Shown: positions 19,939 to 28,806 of the stretch, piece by piece | Layout: every line of letters begins with the position of its first letter | How positions within the stretch are numbered: the stretch's first letter is position 1 | NCBI GenBank assembly: GCA_018400015.1 | Contig: JAGYNB010000004.1 | Coordinates: 7,186-71,185 of the forward strand | DNA from: Candidatus Omnitrophota bacterium | GTDB taxonomy: Bacteria; Omnitrophota; Gorgyraeia; Gygaellales; Gygaellaceae | Reading direction: 5' to 3' | DNA: 64,000 bases | Notes under the pieces: model-generated | What the model was told of the DNA's origin: nothing | The model's input: the letters and a program-made list of their open reading frames with translations, nothing else | Databases searched by the model: none | Made by a program: the position numbers and the translations under genes

Positions 19939-20011
19939 GGGCCCATAGCTCAGTGGTTAGAGCAGGTGACTCATAATCACTTGGTCCGGGGTTCAAATCC
20001 CTGTGGGCCCA
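19939..20011 (+). tRNA. tRNA-Ile2(CAT, lysidine-modified)
   Basis: GGGCCCA/TGGGCCC acceptor; anticodon arm GGTGA-CTCATAA-TCACT resembles ileX-type tRNAs; lies near rpoD; tilS is in the window; no encoded CCA. Confidence 0.85.
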
Positions 20012-20017
20012 ATTAAA

Positions 20018-20094
20018 GGGCGTATAGCTCAGTTGGTTAGAGCGCGTGCCTCACATGCACGAGGTCATTGGTTCAACTCCAATTACGCCCACCA
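20018..20094 (+). tRNA. tRNA-Val(CAC)
   Basis: GGGCGTA/TACGCCC acceptor; CGTGC-CTCACAT-GCACG; encoded CCA. Confidence 0.95.
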
Positions 20095-20115
20095 TTTATG
20101 ACAAGATAAACAAAT

Positions 20116-20841
20116 ATGCCTACATCAATAAAAGAACAGTTAAAAAAACTTATAAATCTGCAAGAATTTGACTTAAAAATTTATAATTTAAAAGCGGAAA
20201 AAAAACAAATTCCTATTTTGATTAAACAGCTCGATGATGAATTTGAAAAGAAAAAAGACAATTTAAAACGAATAGAGGATTTAATTAAGGAGAATTTAAA
20301 AAAAAGGAAAGAAAAAGAAATTGAACTAGGCACAAAAGAAGAAGCAGTAAAGAAGCAGCACATTCAACTGTATACCTTGAAAAAAAATGAGGAATACAAA
20401 GCGATGTTAAAAGAGATTGAAGGCTCAAAAGCTGATTCTTCCGTTTTAGAGGATGAGATTATAAAATCTATGGATGAGTTGGATTTGCTGAATAAAGAAA
20501 AGGAAAAAGAATCAGAGGTTTTAAAAGAACGTGAGAATAATTTAAAACAAGAAAAAAACAAGATTGATTCTCGAGGTAAACAGATTGAAATAGAATTAAA
20601 TGATTTAGAATTTAAGCGTTCCCAGATAGCTAAAGATGTTGATAAAAGCATTCTTGTAAAATACGAAAAGATTTTAAAAAATAAAGATGGTCTTGCTATA
20701 GTTCCTGTTCGTAATAATTCATGTTTGGGTTGTTTTATGAATGTTACAGCGCAAGTTATAAATGAAATAAAGATGTCAGAAAGGATTGTCCATTGTGAGA
20801 TGTGCGCTAGAATTCTTTATTTAGAGGATGAAACCTCTTAA
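20116..20841 (+). CDS. Coiled-coil C4 zinc-ribbon protein (DUF164/CT398/HP0958-like)
   Basis: Long coiled coil, then CLGC...CEMCARILY; typical neighbour of rnhA and rnpB. Confidence 0.88.
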   Translation: MPTSIKEQLKKLINLQEFDLKIYNLKAEKKQIPILIKQLDDEFEKKKDNLKRIEDLIKENLKKRKEKEIELGTKEEAVKKQHIQLYTLKKNEEYKAMLKEIEGSKADSSVLEDEIIKSMDELDLLNKEKEKESEVLKERENNLKQEKNKIDSRGKQIEIELNDLEFKRSQIAKDVDKSILVKYEKILKNKDGLAIVPVRNNSCLGCFMNVTAQVINEIKMSERIVHCEMCARILYLEDETS

Positions 20842-21250
20842 TATGAAAGTGCTGGATATTTATATTGATGGTGCTTCCAAGGGTAATCCCGGTCCGGCTG
20901 CAGTAGGAGTGGTGATTTGTTGCAAAGGTCAAGTCATAAAAAATATTTCAGATTATATAGGTGAGGCAACAAACAATATTGCTGAATATAAAGCTTTGAT
21001 ATACGCTTTAGAGGAAGCTTTGATTTTAAAGGCTGACATTTTAAACATACGCACCGACAGCGAGTTGTTATTTAAGCAAATTAACGGTGATTATAAAGTT
21101 AAAAACGAGAATATAAAAGTTCTTTATGATAGAGCCAAACATTTAATAAGTGCATTTAAAGAGTTTTCTATTTCGCATATAAGTAGAAATCTTAATAAAG
21201 GTGCTGACAAATTGGCTAATTTGGTATTTAAGAAGAAGAAAAAGGCTTAG
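20828..21250 (+). CDS. rnhA: Ribonuclease HI (archaeal/Bacillus-like type)
   Basis: YIDGASKGNPGPA, TNNIAEY, TDSEL, NKGADKLAN; start may be ATG 20843. Confidence 0.92.
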   Translation: MKPLNMKVLDIYIDGASKGNPGPAAVGVVICCKGQVIKNISDYIGEATNNIAEYKALIYALEEALILKADILNIRTDSELLFKQINGDYKVKNENIKVLYDRAKHLISAFKEFSISHISRNLNKGADKLANLVFKKKKKA

Positions 21251-21582
21251 GTGATGCTCGTTATCTTTATGATAACGGGAGGAAAGTCCGAGCTCCAAAG
21301 GGAAGCGTAATGGCTTAATAGCCATCCTTCGTTAACCGAAGCGGATACTCTTTATAAGAGCCCCGTTTTATACGGGTGAGAGCCACAGAGACGAGTAATT
21401 TGCTTTAAGCAAATGACGTGAAACGCGGTAATCTCTACGCGGAGCAAGGCCAAGTAGAAGGAGAGAATTGTCCCGATTCGTTATAATCCTTGGGTTGGCC
21501 GCTTGAGTCTGATGGAAACGTCAGATCTTAGATAAATATCACCGCTCAGAAATGAGTTTACAGAACTCGGCTTACAAAGCCT
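21243..21582 (+). ncRNA. rnpB: RNase P RNA (type A-like)
   Basis: GAGGAAAGTCCGAGCTCC near the 5' end and ACAGAACTCGGCTTAC near the 3' end; P1 AGGCTT/AAGCCT; P15 GGCCAA/TTGGCC. End positions are approximate. Confidence 0.95.
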
Positions 21583-21617
21583 ATTTTTAAAACAAGTAAA
21601 AAGAACAGGAGTAAGTT

Positions 21618-22373
21618 ATGTCAGGACATTCAAAGTGGGCGACGACCAAACATAAAAAAGCCGCTGCCGACGCAAAAAGAGGCGCTATGTTTACAAAATT
21701 AATAAAAGAAATCGTTGCTGCTTCCAGAAGCGGTGGCAGTAATCCGGATATGAATCCATCATTAAGGGTTGCTATGAACAGGGCAAAAGTTAATAATATG
21801 CCTAAAGATAGGATTGAAGAGGCGATTAAAAGAGGAACCGGTGAGTTGCCAGGAGTTTCATATGAGGATTGTATTTATGAAGGTTATGCTTCAGGCGGCG
21901 TTGCGCTTTTGGTACAGACCTTGACCGATAATAAAAACCGTACTTCCGCTGAAATAAGAAATCTTTTAGGTAAAAAAGGCGGCAATATGGCTGGTGCTGG
22001 TGCTGTTGCCTGGCTTTTTAATAAAAAAGGATATATAGTTGTTGAAAGAAGCAAGATTTCAGAAGATGAATTATTGAATATCGTTTTAGAAGCCGGAGCC
22101 GAAGATTTAAAGACTGAAGATGATACAAATTATGAAATTTATACTAAGCCGGAAGATTTCGAAAATGTAAAAAAAGCTTTAGATGATAAGGGTATTGAAA
22201 CAAGCGTTGCAGAAGTAACAATGATACCTTCTACTTACGTTAAGGTAACCGGCAATGATGCAAGAAACGTTTTAGCTTTAGTTCAGTCTTTAGAAGAGCA
22301 TGACGATGTGCAGAATGTTTACGCTAATTTTGATATTCCCGATGATATTATCGAAGAAGTAACCGGAGAATAG
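21618..22373 (+). CDS. yebC: YebC/PmpR family protein
   Basis: MSGHSKWATTKHKK, TDNKNRT, LEEHDDVQNVYAN. Confidence 0.96.
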   Translation: MSGHSKWATTKHKKAAADAKRGAMFTKLIKEIVAASRSGGSNPDMNPSLRVAMNRAKVNNMPKDRIEEAIKRGTGELPGVSYEDCIYEGYASGGVALLVQTLTDNKNRTSAEIRNLLGKKGGNMAGAGAVAWLFNKKGYIVVERSKISEDELLNIVLEAGAEDLKTEDDTNYEIYTKPEDFENVKKALDDKGIETSVAEVTMIPSTYVKVTGNDARNVLALVQSLEEHDDVQNVYANFDIPDDIIEEVTGE

Positions 22374-22374
22374 G

Positions 22375-22857
22375 ATGCTTATTCTTGGTATTGACCCGGG
22401 TCTTAGGATCACCGGATACGGGTTGATAAGAAAAAGCAATAAGAATCTAGAGTTAATAGAAGCGGGTACAATAAAAACCAATGAAAAGCATTCATTGGGA
22501 GAGCGCTTAAAAAGGGTCTACGAAGATCTTGAAGAAATTTTTCAGCAACACAAAATAGATGTTGTAGTTTTGGAAAAGCTCTTTGCTCATGCAAAACACC
22601 CTATTACCGCTTATATTTTAGGGCATGTAAGAGGAGTAGCGGTTTTGCTTTGTGAGGAAAAAAAAGTTGAATTAATAGAATACTTGCCAACTAGGGTAAA
22701 AAAGGCAGTTGTTGGCAATGGTCATGCTTCGAAAGAACAAGTGCAGCAGATGGTTTTTACCAGGCTTGGTTTAAAAAGCAAGTTTTTAGATTATGATATA
22801 ACCGATGCTTTAGCTTTAGCGATGACCTACTGTTTTACAAAAGAAAATAAAATATGA
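22375..22857 (+). CDS. ruvC: Holliday junction resolvase RuvC
   Basis: ILGIDPG, VKKAVVGNGHASKEQV, DITDALA. Confidence 0.95.
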   Translation: MLILGIDPGLRITGYGLIRKSNKNLELIEAGTIKTNEKHSLGERLKRVYEDLEEIFQQHKIDVVVLEKLFAHAKHPITAYILGHVRGVAVLLCEEKKVELIEYLPTRVKKAVVGNGHASKEQVQQMVFTRLGLKSKFLDYDITDALALAMTYCFTKENKI

Positions 22858-23477
22858 TCTCAAGAATTTATGGTAAATTAAAAGATAGAAAAGCGAATTG
22901 TGTTATTTTAGATGACGGTAAAGGTATTTGTTATGAAATATTCATGCCTTCTATAATTCTTGAGCAAATAAGCAAAGATAAGCAAGTTGGCGCAGCTGTT
23001 GAAATAATAATATATTATTATCTGCAGACAGATGGGAATATTTCAAGGCCGATACTTATTGGTTTCTTAAATGATGTGGAAAAAGATTTCTTCGAGCAGT
23101 TTATAACTGTTTCTGGTATTGGCCCTCGTGCTGCAATTAAAGCGCTTAATCAGCCGATTTCATTGATTGCTAAGGCTATTGATGAGTCTGATATTGTTTT
23201 TTTAACGAATTTGCCTGGTATTGGTCAACAGAGAGCAAAACAGATAATCGCAAAGCTCCAGGGGAAAATCGGTAAATTTGGTTTGATACAGGATGAAGAT
23301 GTTAGATTTTCTGAAACCGAAAGAGATATCTCTAATGAAGCCTTGATGGTTTTGTTGCAGCTGCAGTATAAAAAGATCGAAGCAGAAGATATGATAAAAA
23401 AAGCAATTTCTCATAATAGAGATATAAAGACAACAGAAAGTTTATTAAACGAAATATATAAACAAAAAAGACCATGA
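22854..23477 (+). CDS. ruvA: Holliday junction branch-migration protein RuvA
   Basis: MISRIYGKL, HhH motifs VSGIGPRAA and LPGIGQQRAKQII; follows ruvC. Confidence 0.9.
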   Translation: MISRIYGKLKDRKANCVILDDGKGICYEIFMPSIILEQISKDKQVGAAVEIIIYYYLQTDGNISRPILIGFLNDVEKDFFEQFITVSGIGPRAAIKALNQPISLIAKAIDESDIVFLTNLPGIGQQRAKQIIAKLQGKIGKFGLIQDEDVRFSETERDISNEALMVLLQLQYKKIEAEDMIKKAISHNRDIKTTESLLNEIYKQKRP

Positions 23478-24160
23478 TGAATACTCCTATAAAAAGCATA
23501 ATCGAGGCTTTATTGTTTGTTAACGAACAACCCGTAACTTTAGAACAGATTAAAAGTCTTTTTGATGAAGCAGATATAAAGGTAATTCGTGATGTTCTTT
23601 TGCAGCTGCAATCTGAATATAATCAGGGAAATAGAGGTATTAGAATAATCGAAATTGCCGGCGGTTTTCAAATGGTTACTTATTCTGAATGCGTACACTT
23701 CTTAAAAAAGTTTTATAGTAAAAAGCAGTTAAGTAGGCTTTCAACTCCCGCATTGGAGACTTTGGCGATTATCGCTTATAAGCAGCCAATAAGCCGCCAG
23801 GAGATTGAATTGATTCGCGGCGTTAATGTTGATGGGGTAGTTACTAGTCTTACCGAACGCGGGCTTATTAGAATTACAGGTAGGCGTGAAAGTTTGGGCA
23901 GGCCTTTTGTGTACGGGACCACTAAGAAATTTTTAGAGTATTTCGGATTAAAAAGTTTATCTGATTTACCGAAAATAGAGGATTTTTCAAAAATGGTTCC
24001 TCGTGATGAAGTAGATGTTTCTGAAGGTTCTTCCGAGGAATCATCAGGTGGTAATTCTGCTAATAATGATTCTAAAACCCAAGACTCTTTAGCATCAGAT
24101 ATTGATCTTGATGGAAAGGAGAAAATCGATAACTATGAAGAAACTAAAGAAGAAGCTTAA
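23474..24160 (+). CDS. scpB: SMC-Scp complex subunit ScpB with acidic C-terminal tail
   Basis: IEALLF, ALETLAIIAYKQPISRQEIELIRGV, YGTTKKFLEYFGL. Confidence 0.95.
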   Translation: MMNTPIKSIIEALLFVNEQPVTLEQIKSLFDEADIKVIRDVLLQLQSEYNQGNRGIRIIEIAGGFQMVTYSECVHFLKKFYSKKQLSRLSTPALETLAIIAYKQPISRQEIELIRGVNVDGVVTSLTERGLIRITGRRESLGRPFVYGTTKKFLEYFGLKSLSDLPKIEDFSKMVPRDEVDVSEGSSEESSGGNSANNDSKTQDSLASDIDLDGKEKIDNYEETKEEA

Positions 24161-25211
24161 ATCACTGCGCGGGCATATAGATCTACTTGATAAAAAAATC
24201 GTTTCGCTTTTGAATGAACGCACCAAAGAATCTTTAAGGATCGGTCTATATAAAAAAAATGAAGGTAATAGAAGTTATTCTCCGGATAGAGAGCAAGACG
24301 TGATTAAAAAAATAAAAAGCGTCAATAAGGGGCCTTTAACTCAAGATTCACTTGAGGCGATCTATCGAGAGATTATGTCAGGAAGCCTTTCTTTGAATAG
24401 AGATATAAAGGTTGCTTATTTGGGCCCAAAAGCTACCTTTACTCACCAGGCTGCCATAAAAAGATTTGGTTCACAGGTAGAATTTGTTTCGAGTGAGACG
24501 ATTAAAGATGTATTCTCAGAAGTTGAGCGGGATAATTGCAGTTATGGTGTTATTCCGATTGAGAATTCTACAGAAGGGGCAGTTAGTCATACGTTGGATA
24601 TGTTTGTTGATTCAGACTTAAAAATATGTTCTCAAGTACAGTTAAGTATTTCTCATAATCTGCTGTCAAAGACAGCTTTGAAGAATATAAAAAGAGTGTA
24701 TTCCAACCCTTATGTTTTTGGTCAATGTAGAAGATGGCTGGATAACAATTTAGTTAAAGTTGAGTATATCGATGTTTCAAGTACTACTCGTGCTGCTGAC
24801 ATTGCTTCTCGTGAAAGTAAAAGCGCATGCATTGCTTCGATATTGGCGGCAAAAGAATATAATCTGAAAGTGTTGGCTGAGGATATTGAAGATAGTCCGC
24901 ATAACTATACAAGGTTCTTGATTGTTGGTAAACAAAGCGTACCTGCAACCGGGAAAGATAAGACATCGGTTTTATTTTCAATAAAAGACAGGACTGGCGC
25001 GTTACATGATATGCTGGTACCTTTTAAAAAATACAAAATAAACCTTACAAAGATAGAGTCTCGTCCTTCTAAAAAAAGGGCTTGGGATTACTATTTCTTT
25101 GTTGATTTTAAAGGACATATTCAGGAAAATAAGATCAAGAAGGCTTTGGAAGAATTGGAGGCAAGATGTAAATTTTTAAAGATTCTTGGTTCTTATCCTG
25201 ATCAGACTTAA
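24135..25211 (+). CDS. pheA: Chorismate mutase/prephenate dehydratase (P-protein)
   Basis: LRGHIDLLD, VAYLGPKATFT, PIENSTEG, NYTRF, NLTKIESRP; start set at ATG 24135. Confidence 0.95.
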   Translation: MKKLKKKLKSLRGHIDLLDKKIVSLLNERTKESLRIGLYKKNEGNRSYSPDREQDVIKKIKSVNKGPLTQDSLEAIYREIMSGSLSLNRDIKVAYLGPKATFTHQAAIKRFGSQVEFVSSETIKDVFSEVERDNCSYGVIPIENSTEGAVSHTLDMFVDSDLKICSQVQLSISHNLLSKTALKNIKRVYSNPYVFGQCRRWLDNNLVKVEYIDVSSTTRAADIASRESKSACIASILAAKEYNLKVLAEDIEDSPHNYTRFLIVGKQSVPATGKDKTSVLFSIKDRTGALHDMLVPFKKYKINLTKIESRPSKKRAWDYYFFVDFKGHIQENKIKKALEELEARCKFLKILGSYPDQT

Positions 25212-25212
25212 G

Positions 25213-26301
25213 ATGAATATAGTTAAGAAAAACGTAATAAATCTAAAACCCTATATCCCGGGTAAGCCAATAGAAGAGACAAAAAGAGAGTTTTCTCTAT
25301 CTCGTGTATACAAGCTTGCTTCGAATGAAAATTCTTTAGGTTGTTCTCCTTTGGCACAAAAGGCAATGAAGGAATCTATTTCTAGCATTAATAGGTATCC
25401 TGATGGGGCCTGTTTTTATATTAAAAGAGCTTTAAGCAAAAAATTCAGAATTAAATCCGATAGAATTCTCTTGGGCAACGGTTCTGATGAACTGATAGAC
25501 GTGATTATAAAAACTTTCGTAAAAAAAGGCGAGAGCGTAATTAGCGCTGATTGTACTTTTTTAGAGTATGAAATAATTTCTAAAGTAAATGATGTTAGGT
25601 TTATAAAAGTACCGCTTAAAGGTTTTAAGTATGATTTAGAAGCAATAAAGAAAAAAATTAATTCTAAAACAAAGTTGATTTTTATTGCTAATCCGAATAA
25701 TCCTACTGGTACATATGTTAACGGTCAAGAAGTTAACAGGTTTCTCAAAAGCATCTCTAAAGAAATTGTAGTCGTTTTCGATGAAGCCTATATTGAATAT
25801 GTTGATAAAAAAGATTTTCCTGACTTGTTAAAAAACTTTCAAAGTAATGTTATCGTTCTTAGGACATTTTCAAAAGCGTATGGATTGGCAGGTTTGAGGA
25901 TTGGATATGCAATCGCAGATGAGGTTTTAATTGGTTATATGAATAGAGTCAGACAGCCTTTTAATGTAAATACGCTTGCTCAATCGGCAGCTGTAGCGGC
26001 TTTGAAAGACAATGTTTTTATTCGTAAGTCCCGGGAATTAGTTTTAAAGCAAAAAAAATTTCTTTACAAGCAGTTTGATAAGTTAGGTATTGAATATATA
26101 CCCACGGTTGCAAATTTTATTTTATTTAGGTTAGGTATGGATTGTTTGGTTTTTGCTAGAAAAATGCTAAAAAAAGGTGTTATTGTAAGGGATATGAAGC
26201 AGTACGAGTTAGATAATTATGTGAGAGTGACAATTGGTAAAGAAAAAGAAAATATGACTTTTATAAAAGAATTTGTTCGTATCATTGAGGAGGATATATG
26301 A
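25213..26301 (+). CDS. hisC: Histidinol-phosphate/aromatic aminotransferase
   Basis: KLASNEN, GNGSDE, NPNNPTG, DEAY, RTFSKAYGLAGLRIGY. Confidence 0.94.
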   Translation: MNIVKKNVINLKPYIPGKPIEETKREFSLSRVYKLASNENSLGCSPLAQKAMKESISSINRYPDGACFYIKRALSKKFRIKSDRILLGNGSDELIDVIIKTFVKKGESVISADCTFLEYEIISKVNDVRFIKVPLKGFKYDLEAIKKKINSKTKLIFIANPNNPTGTYVNGQEVNRFLKSISKEIVVVFDEAYIEYVDKKDFPDLLKNFQSNVIVLRTFSKAYGLAGLRIGYAIADEVLIGYMNRVRQPFNVNTLAQSAAVAALKDNVFIRKSRELVLKQKKFLYKQFDKLGIEYIPTVANFILFRLGMDCLVFARKMLKKGVIVRDMKQYELDNYVRVTIGKEKENMTFIKEFVRIIEEDI

Positions 26302-27314
26302 TAATAGTTTTCAAGCCCGACACAAGTCAGGACCAAATAGATCATGTTATAGAGCGCGTTGAAAAACTGGGTTTAAAACCTATGGTTTCAAAAGGAACGG
26401 AAAGAACGATTGTTGGAGTAATTGGTCCGGAAGATATCTTGCGCGTTACTCCTTTAGACGTTTTCCCGGGAGTAGAAAAAGTAATGGAAGTTCTTGCTCC
26501 TTACAAGCTAGTATCAAGGGAATTTAAAAAAGAAGATTCCATAGTAAAGATTAACGATAAAATAAGTTTTGGAGGTAAAAAGGTTGTTGTTATTGCCGGT
26601 CCTTGTGCTATAGAAGATATAAATACTTTAAGGGAGATTGCTAAAGCTATTAAGGCTTGTGGAGTGAATGTTCTTCGTGCCGGTGCTTTTAAGCCCAGGA
26701 CTTCTCCTTACAGCTTCCAGGGGCATGGTAAAAATGGACTAGAGATGTTAAAAAGCGTAGCTGATGAGTTGAATATGGCAACAATTACAGAAGTAATGGA
26801 TCCAAGGGATGTAGACCTTGTGGCTGGTTTTTCCGACATTTTACAGATTGGTGCCAGGAATATGCAGAATTTTAATTTGCTTAAGGAAGTTGGACAAACA
26901 AAAAAGCCAGTTTTATTAAAAAGAGGTCTGTCTTCTACGATTAAGGAATTACTGATGTCAGCTGAATATATCCTTTCTGAAGGAAACTTTAACGTAATTC
27001 TCTGTGAACGTGGAATTCGTACATTCGAGACATCTACGAGAAATACGTTAGATATTACAAGCGTTCCTGTGATAAAGAAATTATCTCATTTGCCGATTAT
27101 AGTTGATCCCAGCCATGCCACAGGTAAGTGGAATTTAGTTGGTCCGGCAGCAAAAGCCTCAGTGGCTATAGGCGCAGACGGGTTATTGATAGAGGTCCAT
27201 CCAAGACCAGAAGAAGCTCTATCCGATGGAAGTCAATCTTTGATACCGGAAAAGTTTAAAGTAGTAATTGAGGATTTGAGAAAAATTGCTAAATCAGTAA
27301 ACAGAGAAATATAA
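26298..27314 (+). CDS. aroF: DAHP synthase class I-beta with N-terminal ferredoxin-like domain
   Basis: [38 protein letters not shown]. Confidence 0.95.
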   Translation: MIIVFKPDTSQDQIDHVIERVEKLGLKPMVSKGTERTIVGVIGPEDILRVTPLDVFPGVEKVMEVLAPYKLVSREFKKEDSIVKINDKISFGGKKVVVIAGPCAIEDINTLREIAKAIKACGVNVLRAGAFKPRTSPYSFQGHGKNGLEMLKSVADELNMATITEVMDPRDVDLVAGFSDILQIGARNMQNFNLLKEVGQTKKPVLLKRGLSSTIKELLMSAEYILSEGNFNVILCERGIRTFETSTRNTLDITSVPVIKKLSHLPIIVDPSHATGKWNLVGPAAKASVAIGADGLLIEVHPRPEEALSDGSQSLIPEKFKVVIEDLRKIAKSVNREI

Positions 27315-28141
27315 TGAAGCTTTTTAATAAAGTTGTAATTATTGGTGTTGGTTTAATTGGCGGTTCTTTGGGTCTGGCGATAAAGAAAAAAAGATTAGCC
27401 AATAAAGTCATTGGCGTTTTTAGAAGTAAAGATACTTTTTTAAAAGCTAAAAAAAGAAAAGCAGTTGATGAGGGTAGTTTTGATTTATCTTGTGTAAAGG
27501 ATGCTGATTTGGTTGTTCTTGCCGGTCCGGTAAAGACGATTACCGCACATATTAAATTAATCGCTAATTTGGTGAATAGGAATTGCATTATCATTGATGT
27601 GGGGAGCACAAAGTCTAATATTTTAAAATCCGCGCAAAAATATATCAAGAATGATAATATTTTTGTTGGTTGTCATCCTTTGGCAGGTTTGGAAAAAAGA
27701 GGCGTTGTAAATGCAGATAGCGGTTTATTTGAAGATTCAATTTGCATTGTTTGTTCTAAAAATAAGCCAAATAGTAAAATCATTAGTTTCTGGAAACATA
27801 TTGGCTGTAGAGTTATCACAATGGATGCTAAAAGACACGATAGGATTCTCGCTTTGACTAGTCATGTGCCGCATGTTTTGGCGTTTGCTTTGGTGAATAG
27901 TGTGCCAAAAGATTTTGTTCAGTTTATTGGTAGTGGATTTAAGGATACTACACGTATCGCAGCCTCCGATGTTGAGGTGTGGAATGATATCTTGCTCGAT
28001 AATAAAAATCTGGTTTTAGATTCTCTCCGTAATTTCGGTAATCAACTTGATAGATTAGCTAAGGCAATAAAGAAAAATAATACATCCTCATTGGCAAAAT
28101 TAATTAAAAAAGCAAAAACAAAAAGGGTTAGTTTTAAATGA
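27314..28141 (+). CDS. tyrA: Prephenate/arogenate dehydrogenase
   Basis: GVGLIGGS, DVGSTK, HPLAG, HDRILALTSHVPH, GFKDTTRIA. Confidence 0.94.
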   Translation: MKLFNKVVIIGVGLIGGSLGLAIKKKRLANKVIGVFRSKDTFLKAKKRKAVDEGSFDLSCVKDADLVVLAGPVKTITAHIKLIANLVNRNCIIIDVGSTKSNILKSAQKYIKNDNIFVGCHPLAGLEKRGVVNADSGLFEDSICIVCSKNKPNSKIISFWKHIGCRVITMDAKRHDRILALTSHVPHVLAFALVNSVPKDFVQFIGSGFKDTTRIAASDVEVWNDILLDNKNLVLDSLRNFGNQLDRLAKAIKKNNTSSLAKLIKKAKTKRVSFK

Positions 28142-28806
28142 TAATTGCTATTGATGGGCCTGCTGGTTCCGGCAAAAGTACGGTGGCAAGGCTTTTGGCA
28201 AAAAGGCTAAAGTTTTTATATATTGATACTGGAGCGATGTATAGAGCCGTGACTTTCGCTGTATTGGAATCAAAAATCGAGATAGATGATGTACAGGCCA
28301 TTATAAAACTTGCCTATGAATCGAAGATAGAGCTGATGAATCAAGAGGATGACTCAATCGAAGTTTTTTTAAATAATAAAGATGTGAGTAGCCAAATCCG
28401 TCAGCCGCAGATTACAGCTATTGTTTCAGAGATTTCACGTATTCAGGGAGTAAGGGATGCGATGTTAAAGCTTCAGCGTGAATTAGGGAAAAGCAATAAT
28501 TCTGTTTTGGAAGGAAGGGACATTGGAACAGTTGTATTTCCTGATGCGGAAATGAAATTTTTCCTCGATGCTGATTTCAAAGAAAGAGTTAACCGTAGAT
28601 TTAAAGAGAATGGCCAAAAAAATATCAAGACCAGTTTTTATGATGTTGAAACAGATCTTGCTAATCGAGATAGGATAGATTCCACTCGGGAAATAGCGCC
28701 TTTAAAAAAAGCCGTTGATGCAGTTTTTGTTGATACCACGTATTTGTCTATCGAACAGGTCGTAGATAATCTTTATAATTTGGTTAAAGAAAAATTTAAT
28801 GGATAA
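28138..28806 (+). CDS. cmk: Cytidylate kinase
   Basis: IAIDGPAGSGKST, DTGAMYRA, EGRDIGTVVFPDA. Confidence 0.96.
   Translation: MIIAIDGPAGSGKSTVARLLAKRLKFLYIDTGAMYRAVTFAVLESKIEIDDVQAIIKLAYESKIELMNQEDDSIEVFLNNKDVSSQIRQPQITAIVSEISRIQGVRDAMLKLQRELGKSNNSVLEGRDIGTVVFPDAEMKFFLDADFKERVNRRFKENGQKNIKTSFYDVETDLANRDRIDSTREIAPLKKAVDAVFVDTTYLSIEQVVDNLYNLVKEKFNG

Noticed and set aside
19939-20011. tRNA-Met or initiator call for this CAT tRNA
   Set aside because: It has a paired 1:72 and no GGG/CCC anticodon stem, and its sequence resembles Ile2; a separate Met-like tRNA is at 46602.
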